In this document: positions 29,645 through 39,243 of the stretch, piece after piece
How positions within the stretch are numbered: the first letter of the stretch is position 1
Layout of the letters: every line of letters begins with the position of its first letter
Assembly: GCA_001802655.1 (NCBI GenBank)
Contig: MGZO01000130.1
Coordinates: 32,117-96,016 of the forward strand
Direction: 5' to 3'
Source of the DNA: Hydrogenophilales bacterium RIFOXYD1_FULL_62_11
Lineage (GTDB): Bacteria > Pseudomonadota > Gammaproteobacteria > Burkholderiales > Thiobacillaceae
Length of the DNA stretch: 63,900 bases
Position numbers and translations under genes: made by a program
Notes under the pieces: model-generated
Told to the model about the DNA's origin: nothing
The model's input: the letters and a program-made list of their open reading frames with translations, nothing else
Databases searched by the model: none

Positions 29645-32600
29645 GCGCGCCGCTCCGCTCAATATCGCCGGCAAACTGGCCGGCCTTTTCATCGAATCCA
29701 AAATCACCGCCATGATCATGCTGGCGGTGACGCTGGCGGGCATGATGGCGCTGTTCGTCACCCCGCGCGAATACAACCCGCAGATCGTGGTGCCAGCGGC
29801 CAACATCATCGTCGCCAAACCGGGCGCCTCGGCCGAAGAAATCCAGAATCTGGTGGTCAAGCCGCTGGAAGCCATCATGAACGCGCAGTCCGGCGTGGAT
29901 CACACTTTTGGCTATGCCGCCCCGGATTTCGGTCTGGTGACCGTGCAGTTCAAGGTCGGCGAAGACCAGGAAAGAAGCCTGGTCAAGCTCTACAACCAGC
30001 TGATGCAAAATCTCGACCGCATGCCGCAAGGCGCCATGCAGCCGGTGATCAAGCCGATCAACGTCGACGACGTGCCGATCATGACGCTGACGTTGTCATC
30101 CACCACGGTGGACGACCATCAGATCCGCCAGGTCGCGACCCGTATTCTGGAAAACCTGCGTAATGTGCCCGGCGTATCGTTCACCCAGGTCACAGGCGGC
30201 TCACCGCGCGCGGTCAACGTCTGGATTTCTCCCACCCGGCTGGCCGCAGCAGGCATCGCGCTCGATCAGGTGGACAAGATGCTGCAGGGGCAGAACGTGT
30301 CTGTACCGGTTGGCAAGCTGGTCGACAACAACCAGGTTTCGCCGCTGCAACTGCAAGGCTTTCTTGGCAACGCCCGGGAAGTGGGCGACATCGTGATTGG
30401 TGCGCCCAACGGGCGGCCGGTGTTCCTGAAGGACGTCGCCACGATCGTGGACGGCCCGCAAGAAGTGGACGAAAGCACGCGCTTTGCCTACGGCCCCGCC
30501 GCAGGCAAGGACACCGCGCGCGGCGAGGCGCCGGCCGTCACCCTGGCGATCGCCAAAAAAGCCGGCACCAATGCGGTGGTGGTTGCAAATGCCGTGCTGA
30601 CCAAACTGGAACAGCTCAAGCGCCAGGCCATTCCCGCCGACATCACGGTGGCGGTGACCCGCGACGACGGCGCGCGTGCCAACGACGCGGTCAACACCCT
30701 GGTCGAGCACCTCGGCATTGCCATTGGTTCGGTGGTGGTGATTCTGGTGTTCTTCCTCGGCTGGCGCGAAGCCGGCATCGTCACCCTGACGGTGCCGCTG
30801 ATCCTGTTCGTGGTGCTGACCATCGGCCTGTTCGCCGGCCAGACCATCAACCGCATCACGCTGTTCGCGCTGATCCTGTCGCTCGGCCTCTTGGTAGATG
30901 CCGCCATCGTGGTGGTGGAGAACATCCATCGCCACCTGCATCACGGCATCGGTGACCGCGATTTCAAGACCGTGGTCATCCAGGCCACCAACGAAATCGG
31001 CAACCCCACCAATATTGCCACCATCGCGGTGATCCTGGCCTTCATTCCGATGGCTTTCGTCACCGGCATGATGGGCCCCTTCATGCTGCCGATCCCGTTC
31101 AACGTGCCGGTGGCGATGATCGCCTCGCTGCTGTTCGCCTACATCGTGGTGCCGTGGGCGGCCAATCTGTGGCTGCGGAAAAAAGCCGCGCTGAGCGAGC
31201 TGGCGCGCAAGGAAAGCCTCGAAGAGTCGGGGGCGCGCAAGACCGACCCGCTGCACCGCGCCTACGACAAGGTCATCACGCCGTTCATCGAGCATGGCGG
31301 CCGCCGCAACCTGATGTTCCTGGCGGTACTGGGCTTGCTGGTGGTGGCCATGCTGATGCCGGCCTGGCAGTTCATCCGTCCTTCGGGCATCAACGGACCC
31401 CTGTCGGCGCTGGGGGTGGAACTGAAGATGCTGCCCAACGACAACACCAATACCTTCCTGGTGGAAATCGCCACCCCGGCCGGCACCACGCTGGAAGAAA
31501 CCGACCGCGCCGCGCGCGCGGTGGGCGAGGTGCTGGCGAACAACCGCTTCGTCACCAATTATCAGACCTTCCTCGGCATGACCGCGCCCATCGACTTCGC
31601 CGCCCTGGTGCGCGGCGACCTCATCAAGCGCGGCGACAATCTGGCGCAGATCCGGGTCAATCTGGTCGACAAGCACCAGCGCTCAACCTCGTCGCATGCA
31701 ATCGTGCAGGCGTTCAACGACAGCCTGAAGCCGCTGCGCCAGGCGTTCCCGCAAGCCCGCGTCAAGCTCTACGAGACCCCGCCCGGCCCGCCGGTACAGG
31801 CGCAAGTGCTGGCCGAACTGTACGGGCCCGACTACGAAAAACTGCGCAGCGCAGCGCCCGAAGTGCGGCGCGCGTTCGACTCGGTCTACGGCATGATCAA
31901 CACCGACGATTCGGTCACCGCCACCATGCAGTCCTTCGCGGTGCGGGTAGATCGCGAGAAGGCCGCGTTGTCGGGTGTCGTCACCGGCCAGGTGGGCAAG
32001 CTGCTGCGCGACTACGTGTCGGGCCTGACGATCGGTTCGGTGCATGTGGATTCTGCGCGCGACCCGGTCAACATCGTGGTGCGGCTACCGCGCGCCGAAC
32101 GCCAGTCGCCCGAATCGCTGATGGCAATCCGCGTCACCAACCTGATGGGTGGCCAGGTGCCGCTGGGCGCCATCGCCAAGGTGGAGCAGGTGCCCTACGG
32201 CAAACCCATCTACGACCGCGACCAGCATCCGATGGTCATGGTGGGCGGCGAGATGATCACCTCCAGCCCGGTGTATGCGGTGCTGGCGCTGGACAAGATG
32301 CTGGACGGCCAGCTGCTGGCCAACGGCGTGCGCTTCAAGACCGGCAACCTCGGCTTTACCCAGGCGACGGCGGACAATGTCGCCGACACCCACCTGCTGT
32401 GGGGCGGCGAAATGCGTCTGACGCTGGACGTGTTCCGCGACCTCGGCTCGGCCTTCATCATCGCCCTGGTGTTCATCTATCTGCTGCTGGTGGGTTACTA
32501 CCGGTCCTTCGTCATGCCGATGATCGTGATGGGCGCGATTCCACTGACCCTGGTCGGCGTCTTCCCTGGCCACTGGGCCACCAGTCAGGCGTTCACCGCC

Positions 32601-32921
32601 ACCTCGATGATCGGCGTCATCGCCCTGGCCGGCATCGTAGTGCGCAACTCGCTGCTGCTGATCGACTTCATCGTCGATTACCGCAACCAGGGTTACGACC
32701 TCAAGGAGGCCGTCATCGAGGCCGGCGCGGTGCGGCTGCGGCCCATTCTGCTGACCGCGCTCGCCATCGTCCTGGGATCGGCGATCATGATCACCGACCC
32801 GGTGTTCGGCGGTCTGGCGGTCTCGCTTATTTTTGGCACCTTCGCCTCCACCGTGCTCACCCTGATCGTCATCCCGCTGCTGTATTACATCTGGCAGAAG
32901 CGCAGCGCGGCCCAGGCCTGA
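29637..32921 (+). CDS. RND efflux permease (AcrB/AcrD/AcrF superfamily)
   Basis: 1094 aa, two periplasmic domains; LGLLVDAAIVVVENI, GIVVRNSLLLIDF, RLRPILLT. Confidence 0.95.
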   Translation: MTERAAPLNIAGKLAGLFIESKITAMIMLAVTLAGMMALFVTPREYNPQIVVPAANIIVAKPGASAEEIQNLVVKPLEAIMNAQSGVDHTFGYAAPDFGLVTVQFKVGEDQERSLVKLYNQLMQNLDRMPQGAMQPVIKPINVDDVPIMTLTLSSTTVDDHQIRQVATRILENLRNVPGVSFTQVTGGSPRAVNVWISPTRLAAAGIALDQVDKMLQGQNVSVPVGKLVDNNQVSPLQLQGFLGNAREVGDIVIGAPNGRPVFLKDVATIVDGPQEVDESTRFAYGPAAGKDTARGEAPAVTLAIAKKAGTNAVVVANAVLTKLEQLKRQAIPADITVAVTRDDGARANDAVNTLVEHLGIAIGSVVVILVFFLGWREAGIVTLTVPLILFVVLTIGLFAGQTINRITLFALILSLGLLVDAAIVVVENIHRHLHHGIGDRDFKTVVIQATNEIGNPTNIATIAVILAFIPMAFVTGMMGPFMLPIPFNVPVAMIASLLFAYIVVPWAANLWLRKKAALSELARKESLEESGARKTDPLHRAYDKVITPFIEHGGRRNLMFLAVLGLLVVAMLMPAWQFIRPSGINGPLSALGVELKMLPNDNTNTFLVEIATPAGTTLEETDRAARAVGEVLANNRFVTNYQTFLGMTAPIDFAALVRGDLIKRGDNLAQIRVNLVDKHQRSTSSHAIVQAFNDSLKPLRQAFPQARVKLYETPPGPPVQAQVLAELYGPDYEKLRSAAPEVRRAFDSVYGMINTDDSVTATMQSFAVRVDREKAALSGVVTGQVGKLLRDYVSGLTIGSVHVDSARDPVNIVVRLPRAERQSPESLMAIRVTNLMGGQVPLGAIAKVEQVPYGKPIYDRDQHPMVMVGGEMITSSPVYAVLALDKMLDGQLLANGVRFKTGNLGFTQATADNVADTHLLWGGEMRLTLDVFRDLGSAFIIALVFIYLLLVGYYRSFVMPMIVMGAIPLTLVGVFPGHWATSQAFTATSMIGVIALAGIVVRNSLLLIDFIVDYRNQGYDLKEAVIEAGAVRLRPILLTALAIVLGSAIMITDPVFGGLAVSLIFGTFASTVLTLIVIPLLYYIWQKRSAAQA

Positions 32922-32968
32922 AAACGTGAGTTCCCCTTTTACCCGTTAACTTTCAGGAGCAACCCATC

Positions 32969-33187
32969 ATGACGGTTGAACGCATCGTTCGCATCATTGC
33001 CGGCTTTTTCATCATGCTGTCGCTCGCGCTGGCGCACTTTTCCGGCAGCGCCGACTTGGCGCAGCCTTCGTGGCTGTGGTTTACTGCCTTTGTTGGCTTC
33101 AATCTGTTCCAGTCCGGCTTCACCCGCTTCTGCCCATTGGACATCCTGTTGAAAAAGGCCGGGGTCAAGCAGGGCTGCGGTCTCTAA
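32969..33187 (+). CDS. DUF2892 / YgaP-like membrane protein
   Basis: ERIVRIIAG...WLWFTAFVGFNLFQSGFTRFCP; AGGAG RBS. Confidence 0.88.
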   Translation: MTVERIVRIIAGFFIMLSLALAHFSGSADLAQPSWLWFTAFVGFNLFQSGFTRFCPLDILLKKAGVKQGCGL

Positions 33188-33203
33188 TTCGAGAACACTA
33201 CTC

Positions 33204-33617
33204 ATGGATATGCAATTTCTACAAGACAACTGGATGCTCGCATCGCTGGCGCTGGCGTCCGGCGCCATGCTGACCTGGTCCTTCATCGGCAGCAAATTGT
33301 CCGGCGTCGAGCAAGCCGACACGCTCAAGGCCACCCGCCTCTACAACGACGACGCACTGGTGCTGGATGTGCGCGAAGACAAGGAATTCGCCGCCGGCCA
33401 CATCCCCAAAGCCAAGCATATTCCGCTGGGGCAGCTCAGCAAGCGCATCAATGAACTCGACAAATTCAAAGCCAAGCCGGTGCTGGTCACCTGCCGCAGT
33501 GGACAACGTTCGGCGCGTGCCTGCGGCATGCTGAAAAAGGCCGGATTCGAAACCGTCTACAACCAGGCAGGCGGCATCATCGCGTGGGAACGCGCCAACC
33601 TGCCCACCACCAAATAA
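33204..33617 (+). CDS. Membrane-anchored rhodanese domain protein (YibN-like)
   Basis: N-terminal TM; LDVRE..EF..GHIP; active-site loop CRSGQRS. Confidence 0.92.
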   Translation: MDMQFLQDNWMLASLALASGAMLTWSFIGSKLSGVEQADTLKATRLYNDDALVLDVREDKEFAAGHIPKAKHIPLGQLSKRINELDKFKAKPVLVTCRSGQRSARACGMLKKAGFETVYNQAGGIIAWERANLPTTK

Positions 33618-33642
33618 TCCCTCATCCAGAAAAGGAGCCCCC

Positions 33643-33906
33643 ATGGCCAAAGTTGTAATGTATTGCACCGCCGTCTGCCCTTATTGCGTCTCTGCCGAGC
33701 GTTTGCTCAAGAGCCGCGGCGTCACCGAAATCGAGAAAATCCGCATCGATCTCGACCCGGCGAAACAGGAAGAAATGATGATTCGCTCCGGCGGTCGCCG
33801 CACCGTGCCGCAGGTCTTTATTGGTGACACCCACGTCGGCGGCTTCGACGACACCGCCGCGCTCGATGCAGCAGGCGGGCTAGTTCCGCTTCTCGCCAGC
33901 GCCTGA
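33643..33906 (+). CDS. grxC: Glutaredoxin 3
   Basis: CPYC, RTVPQVFIG, GGFDD. Confidence 0.95.
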   Translation: MAKVVMYCTAVCPYCVSAERLLKSRGVTEIEKIRIDLDPAKQEEMMIRSGGRRTVPQVFIGDTHVGGFDDTAALDAAGGLVPLLASA

Positions 33907-33994
33907 ACACCCGCGCCTCTATCGTCTGGCGCGCTTGATATTCAGACGCACGCCTCCACCTCGTGACGATGTTCATTCGCCTCAAGGAGTCCTG

Positions 33995-34420
33995 ATGGAA
34001 CTTGCCTGCCCCCATTGCCTCGCCCTCAATCGCGTCCCTGACGAACGCCTGACCGATGCCCCTAAATGCGGCCAATGCGGTTCGCTGCTCTTGCCTGGCA
34101 AACCGGTCGACCTCAACGCCAGCAACTTTGACCGTTTTATCGCCAAGGCCGGGCTGCCGGTCCTGGTGGACTTCTGGGCCGACTGGTGTGGCCCCTGCAA
34201 GATGATGGCGCCGATTTTCCAGCAGGTTGCAGCCGAGATGGGTACGCGGGTGCGTTTTGCCAAAGTCGACACCGAAGCGAACTCGCAGGTTTCCATGCGC
34301 CACCACATCAAGGGCATCCCCAGTCTGATCCTGTTCAAAAACGGCAAGGAAGTGGCGCGCACCTCGGGTGCGATGGAAGCCAATGCGCTGAAACGCTGGC
34401 TGCTGACACAGGGCATGTAA
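33995..34420 (+). CDS. trxC: Thioredoxin 2 (zinc-finger thioredoxin)
   Basis: CPHC and CGQC Zn motifs; DFWADWCGPCK; AAGGAG RBS. Confidence 0.93.
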   Translation: MELACPHCLALNRVPDERLTDAPKCGQCGSLLLPGKPVDLNASNFDRFIAKAGLPVLVDFWADWCGPCKMMAPIFQQVAAEMGTRVRFAKVDTEANSQVSMRHHIKGIPSLILFKNGKEVARTSGAMEANALKRWLLTQGM

Positions 34421-34487
34421 CAAGCGCGTGTAAAATGCCGCCAGTTCCGGAGCATGCGCTCCGTTTTTATTGACTCAGGAAACCATC

Positions 34488-34946
34488 ATGACCGACGCAC
34501 AGCAACCCACATTCAATATCGAAAAACTCTACGTCAAGGATCTGTCGGTGGAAGTGCCCAACGCCCCGGCCATTTATCTGGAGCGCGAAGCCCCGCAGAT
34601 GGAAGTCAACATGTCGACCGACAGCCGTGCGATGGGCGAAGACATGTACCACACCAGCATCACCGTCACCGTCACCGCCAAAATCGCCGACAAGACCATG
34701 TTTTTGGTCGAATGCACCCAGGCTGGCGTGTTCCGCATCCAGAACGTGCCGCAGGATCAGATTCCGATGGTGCTCGGCATCGGCTGCCCCAACATCGTGT
34801 TCCCGTATCTGCGCGAAACCGTATCCGACGTGGTGATCCGCGCCGGCTTCCCGCCCCTGTTGCTGAACCCGGTCAATTTCGAAGCGCTGTTCGCACAACA
34901 GCAGCAGGCTCAGCAGCAACAGGCTGCCCCCGCACAAACGCATTGA
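34488..34946 (+). CDS. secB: Protein-export chaperone SecB
   Basis: YVKDLSVEVPNAP, CPNIVFPYLRE, PVNFEAL. Confidence 0.96.
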   Translation: MTDAQQPTFNIEKLYVKDLSVEVPNAPAIYLEREAPQMEVNMSTDSRAMGEDMYHTSITVTVTAKIADKTMFLVECTQAGVFRIQNVPQDQIPMVLGIGCPNIVFPYLRETVSDVVIRAGFPPLLLNPVNFEALFAQQQQAQQQQAAPAQTH

Positions 34947-34953
34947 GCCGGGT

Positions 34954-35403
34954 TTGGTGAGTCACGCAGCTTTACTGCTCGCTGCCGGTTTTCTGCTGGC
35001 GCTGGCGCAACCCGCCAGCGCGCTGGAATACAGCAGCACCGGGCGCGCCACCATTCTCTACGACGCGCCCTCCAGCGCCGCGGGGAAAGTTGCAATCGCT
35101 GGTAGCGGTCTGCCGCTGGAAGTGGTGGTCGACACCGAATCGTGGATCAAGGTGCGCGACTTCAGCGGTCGCCTGAGCTGGGTCGAAAAATCGGCCCTTG
35201 GCGGCGCAAAAACCATCATGGTCAAAGCCGAAACCAGCGCCATACGCAGCCAACCGCGTTCCGATGCCGACGTCGTGACGCAGGTTGCACGCGGGGTGCT
35301 GCTCAGTGTCACCGGTCCTGCCGATGCCTTCGGCTGGCTGCCGGTCAAGCATGCCGACGGCCTCGCCGGCTGGCTGCCCGCGCACGAAGCCTGGGGGCGC
35401 TAA
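34954..35403 (+). CDS. Exported tandem SH3-domain protein
   Basis: Signal peptide; WIKVRD...LSWV and WLPVKH.DG..GWL repeats. Confidence 0.85.
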   Translation: MVSHAALLLAAGFLLALAQPASALEYSSTGRATILYDAPSSAAGKVAIAGSGLPLEVVVDTESWIKVRDFSGRLSWVEKSALGGAKTIMVKAETSAIRSQPRSDADVVTQVARGVLLSVTGPADAFGWLPVKHADGLAGWLPAHEAWGR

Positions 35404-35406
35404 GGC

Positions 35407-36399
35407 ATGGCCATCAAGCTGTCCGTATTGGGCGCTGGCGCCTGGGGCACCGCGCTGGCGGCCGGTTGGGCGCCCCACCATGCCGTTACCCTGTGGGGGC
35501 GCAACGCGAATGAGCTCGATGCCATGCGGTGCGGGCGCGTCAACACCCGCTATCTTCCAGGGTGCTCCCTGCCGGACAGCCTGCAATTCAACCCGGATTT
35601 CAATGCGACGGCCGACCACGCCGACGTCATCGTCATCGCCGTTCCCAGCGGCGCGTTACGCGCCACCCTCGCCACACTGGCACAGCGCCCCGCGTTGCCC
35701 CCCCTGCTGTGGGTATGCAAAGGCTTCGAGCCTGGCAGCCGCAAACTGCCACACCAGCTTATCGCCGAACTGCTGCCGACCCACGCGCAAACCGGCGTCC
35801 TGTCCGGCCCCAGCTTCGCGCAGGAAGTCGCGCAAGGCTACCCCACCGCACTCACCCTCGCCTCGCACGACCGCGCTCTGGCGCAGCACCTGTCGGAAAC
35901 CCTGTCCAGCCAGCGCCTGCGCATCTACGCCCACGACGACGTCATTGGCGTCGAAGTCGGCGGTGCGCTGAAAAACGTCATGGCGATTGCCGCCGGCATC
36001 TGCGACGGCCTGCAACTCGGCCACAACGCACGCGCAGCCCTCATTACGCGCGGGCTGGCCGAAATGACCCGCTTGGGCGTCAAGCTCGGCGGCCACGTGG
36101 AAACCTTCATGGGCTTGTCGGGCCTGGGCGATCTCATTCTCACCACGACCGGCGACCTTTCGCGCAACCGCCAGGTCGGGCTGCGCCTTGCGCGCGGACT
36201 CAGCCTGGACACCATTCTCAGCGAACTCGGCCATGTCGCCGAAGGCGTCACTACGGCGCGCGAAGTGGATGCCCTGGCCAATGAACTGGACGTCGAGATG
36301 CCGATCACCCATGCAGTCTGCCAGATGTTGTTTGAAGGGCTACCCGCAGCGCAAGCCGTCGACGCCTTGCTGAACCGGCATATCCGGGCGGAGTTCTAA
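35407..36399 (+). CDS. gpsA: NAD(P)H-dependent glycerol-3-phosphate dehydrogenase
   Basis: GAGAWGTALA, SGPSFA, GALKNV, GLGDL, SRNR. Confidence 0.97.
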   Translation: MAIKLSVLGAGAWGTALAAGWAPHHAVTLWGRNANELDAMRCGRVNTRYLPGCSLPDSLQFNPDFNATADHADVIVIAVPSGALRATLATLAQRPALPPLLWVCKGFEPGSRKLPHQLIAELLPTHAQTGVLSGPSFAQEVAQGYPTALTLASHDRALAQHLSETLSSQRLRIYAHDDVIGVEVGGALKNVMAIAAGICDGLQLGHNARAALITRGLAEMTRLGVKLGGHVETFMGLSGLGDLILTTTGDLSRNRQVGLRLARGLSLDTILSELGHVAEGVTTAREVDALANELDVEMPITHAVCQMLFEGLPAAQAVDALLNRHIRAEF

Positions 36400-36604
36400 A
36401 ACGGCCAATCCTGCCCGATTGCTGAAGCGGATTACGCGCAAGCCGGGCCGGCCGCCTGACCTCCGCATGCGTTGCCTGAAAATGTGCCAGCCCCACCCAA
36501 ACCGCGATTCATCAGACAACAGTTGCCACTTTCTCCAGCAGTGCGGTCATGAGCCTGCTTGTGCATACTAAAAACCACTCGAATACCTGTCGGACACCGA
36601 CTCA

Positions 36605-38692
36605 ATGTCCGAATGCAGATTGACGGAGAACGCCTGCGTGCCCACCCAAAACCCCACCGTGCTCCCACCCATGCTTGACACACATGCCTTCACCCCACGC
36701 GTCATGCGCTGGGGATTCGGGGCGGTCATGTGCGTGATCGTTTTCATCACGGCGCTCAGCCTGTGGCGGGTCGAGGTAGATAAGCGGGCAATGAATGAAA
36801 TCATTTCCCACGAACAGGTGATGACCGAAATGCTGTACCGGATGCAGCTTGCCGCCCGCGATCGAACCTTCGCGCTGTTCGGCGCCGTGCACACGGAGGA
36901 TGCGTTTGTCCGGGATAGCGAGATCCAGCACTTTTTCGAGCTTGGAACCGCTTTTCGTCAGGCGCAAACGCAGTTGATGCAACTCGACCTGGGCGAGACC
37001 GAGCACACCCTGATGCGACAACTCCGCGCGCAGACAGAAGCCATCACGTTGCAGCATCAACGTGTCATCGAACTCGCGACAAGCGGGCGACAGGCCGACG
37101 CCGAGAAGATGATGGTCGGCCATGTCGTTCCGGCGCAAACCCAAATGGTCGGCACCCTGACCACCTTGCTGGAACGAGCCATCAGCAGGACACACGAACA
37201 CGCCACAGCCCGACGCCAAATCCAGAATCGTGCCACGGCCCTGTTGATTGCGGGTGGGCTGGCCGGCTTGCTGCTGACCTGGGGCGGCTTCGTTCTGACC
37301 ACCCGCAAAATGAGCGGCCTAATCACCCGCCTGACCGACGCCAGTGACCGCCTGCAGGCATCAAACCTGGATCTTCAGTTCCAGAAACTGGCTCTGGATG
37401 AGCACAACATCGTGAGCGTTGCCGACACCCACGGCACCATCACGGCTGTAAACGACAAGTTTTGCGAGGTAAGCCAGTATTCGCGCGAGGAATTGCTGGG
37501 TCAGAACCATCGCTTGCTCAAGTCGGGGCTGCACGAAAACACTTTCTACGCCGACCTGTGGGCCACGATCATCGTCGGCAAGGTCTGGCGCGGCGAAATC
37601 TGCAATCGGCGCAAGGACGGCACGCTTTACTGGGTCGCCTCCACCATCCTGCCCTTTGTTAGCGAAGATGGCTTGCCCAGCCGCTATGTATCGGTGCGCA
37701 CCGACATCACCACGACCAAGGAGGCACAGCTCGTGCTCGAGCGCAGCCGCGACGAGCTGGAGCAACTTGTCCAGATACGATCGGGTGAGCTGGCCGAACG
37801 TGAAGAAGTGCTGCACAGCATCACCAACGCGGCGCAGGATGCAGTCATGATGATCGACGCTGCCGGCCGGGTGACCTATTGGAACCCGGCGGCTGAACAC
37901 ATGTTTGGCTTCGCCGAGGCCGAGGTCATTGGGGTGGGTCTGCATGACCTGATCGTTCCAGAACGCTATCTCGAGCGGGCCCATGCCGGATTTTCACGCT
38001 TTGCGACATCGGGTGAAGGCCCTGCGATAGGGCGAACGACGACACTCCGGGCAAAGCATCGGAATGGGAAAGAGTTTCCGGTGGACGTCTCGCTTTCGGC
38101 CATCAAACTGCGGGGGCAATGGAGTGCGGTGGGCATCGTGCGCGATGCGACCGAGCGCGTTCAGACTGAAGAGCGTCTCAAGCAACTGGCCACCACCGAC
38201 ACCCTGACCGGCATTTGCAACCGGCGCCATTTCGATGAAGTGCTGGCAAGCGAGATCAACCGCGCGGCACGGTTTACCAACCCGGTATCGCTCATTTTGT
38301 TTGACATCGATCACTTCAAGCGGATCAACGACACCTTTGGTCATCAGGCGGGCGATCGGGTGTTGACCCAGCTCGCCGTGACGGTGGGCAACACGATCCG
38401 CACAGTCGACCAGTTCGCACGCTGGGGGGGAGAGGAATTCGTTGTGCTGCTCCCTGGCAGCGATCTCAATGCAGGCCGTTTGCTTGCCGAAAAATTACGC
38501 ATGGTGCTGGAAAAACAGCCATTCTCCGATGTCGGACAAGTCACCTGCAGCTTTGGGGTGGCGGAGTACACTCCCGGCGACGACATGGATGCGCTGATCA
38601 AAAAAGCCGACCGCTGCCTGTATCAGGCAAAGGCATCCGGCCGCAACCGCGTGGAAACCTCTGCGACCATGCCGCTGCCGGTGGTTGCTTAG
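36605..38692 (+). CDS. Membrane sensor-PAS-PAS-GGDEF diguanylate cyclase (start uncertain)
   Basis: Two TMs around a helical sensor domain, two PAS domains, DTLTG, RTVD I-site, GGEEF. Confidence 0.92.
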   Translation: MSECRLTENACVPTQNPTVLPPMLDTHAFTPRVMRWGFGAVMCVIVFITALSLWRVEVDKRAMNEIISHEQVMTEMLYRMQLAARDRTFALFGAVHTEDAFVRDSEIQHFFELGTAFRQAQTQLMQLDLGETEHTLMRQLRAQTEAITLQHQRVIELATSGRQADAEKMMVGHVVPAQTQMVGTLTTLLERAISRTHEHATARRQIQNRATALLIAGGLAGLLLTWGGFVLTTRKMSGLITRLTDASDRLQASNLDLQFQKLALDEHNIVSVADTHGTITAVNDKFCEVSQYSREELLGQNHRLLKSGLHENTFYADLWATIIVGKVWRGEICNRRKDGTLYWVASTILPFVSEDGLPSRYVSVRTDITTTKEAQLVLERSRDELEQLVQIRSGELAEREEVLHSITNAAQDAVMMIDAAGRVTYWNPAAEHMFGFAEAEVIGVGLHDLIVPERYLERAHAGFSRFATSGEGPAIGRTTTLRAKHRNGKEFPVDVSLSAIKLRGQWSAVGIVRDATERVQTEERLKQLATTDTLTGICNRRHFDEVLASEINRAARFTNPVSLILFDIDHFKRINDTFGHQAGDRVLTQLAVTVGNTIRTVDQFARWGGEEFVVLLPGSDLNAGRLLAEKLRMVLEKQPFSDVGQVTCSFGVAEYTPGDDMDALIKKADRCLYQAKASGRNRVETSATMPLPVVA

Positions 38693-38749
38693 GACGCGCC
38701 ATTGAGGGCGGCTCCATGCAAAGCCTGCTTGCCGAAGCCCCCCACCGGG

Positions 38750-39229
38750 TCAATCCGGCTTGTTCCCCGCCACCCCCGCAATGTGCCGGATGGTCGCCAC
38801 AAACCCCGGATCCTCACCCTGGAGCAACGCGGGCAGCGCCACACGAAAATCCTCGCGCGCGCACCACTCGATCATGTAGTCCTCCCACGAAGTCCACAAC
38901 CGTGCCTGCTGGCGGCTCATCTTGTCCTCATAGACCAGCACATAGGCGCGCTCGAACAGGCTGACCAGAATGGCGAACAGCGCGCGCTTGCGTTCGCGCT
39001 GCTCTTCGTTGAGTTCGCCTTTGGCCACCGGCGACAACAGATTGAGGTCGGCGTTGTCGATCACCAGCCGCATGAAAGCGGCGTATTCGTCCGCCAAACG
39101 CAGGAAGATTTCCTCCTCGTCGGTCTGCCGTTCGCGGCGGCGGTCGTTGATATACACGCCGATGGCGAGCGGCAGACCGATGATGGTGACGATATAGCTG
39201 GCGGCTTCCAGCCATTCCAGTCCGCTCAT
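38750..39229 (-). CDS. Hypothetical protein with N-terminal TM helix
   Basis: AAGGA RBS; immediately downstream of trmL. Confidence 0.8.
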   Translation of the reverse strand: MSGLEWLEAASYIVTIIGLPLAIGVYINDRRRERQTDEEEIFLRLADEYAAFMRLVIDNADLNLLSPVAKGELNEEQRERKRALFAILVSLFERAYVLVYEDKMSRQQARLWTSWEDYMIEWCAREDFRVALPALLQGEDPGFVATIRHIAGVAGNKPD

Positions 39230-39243
39230 GTCAGTCCTTTCAT

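Noticed and set aside
30201-32929. Long alternative-frame ORFs (491 aa minus, 591 aa plus) over the RND gene
   Set aside because: Shadow ORFs produced by high-GC codon bias; Arg/Gly/Pro-rich with no motifs.
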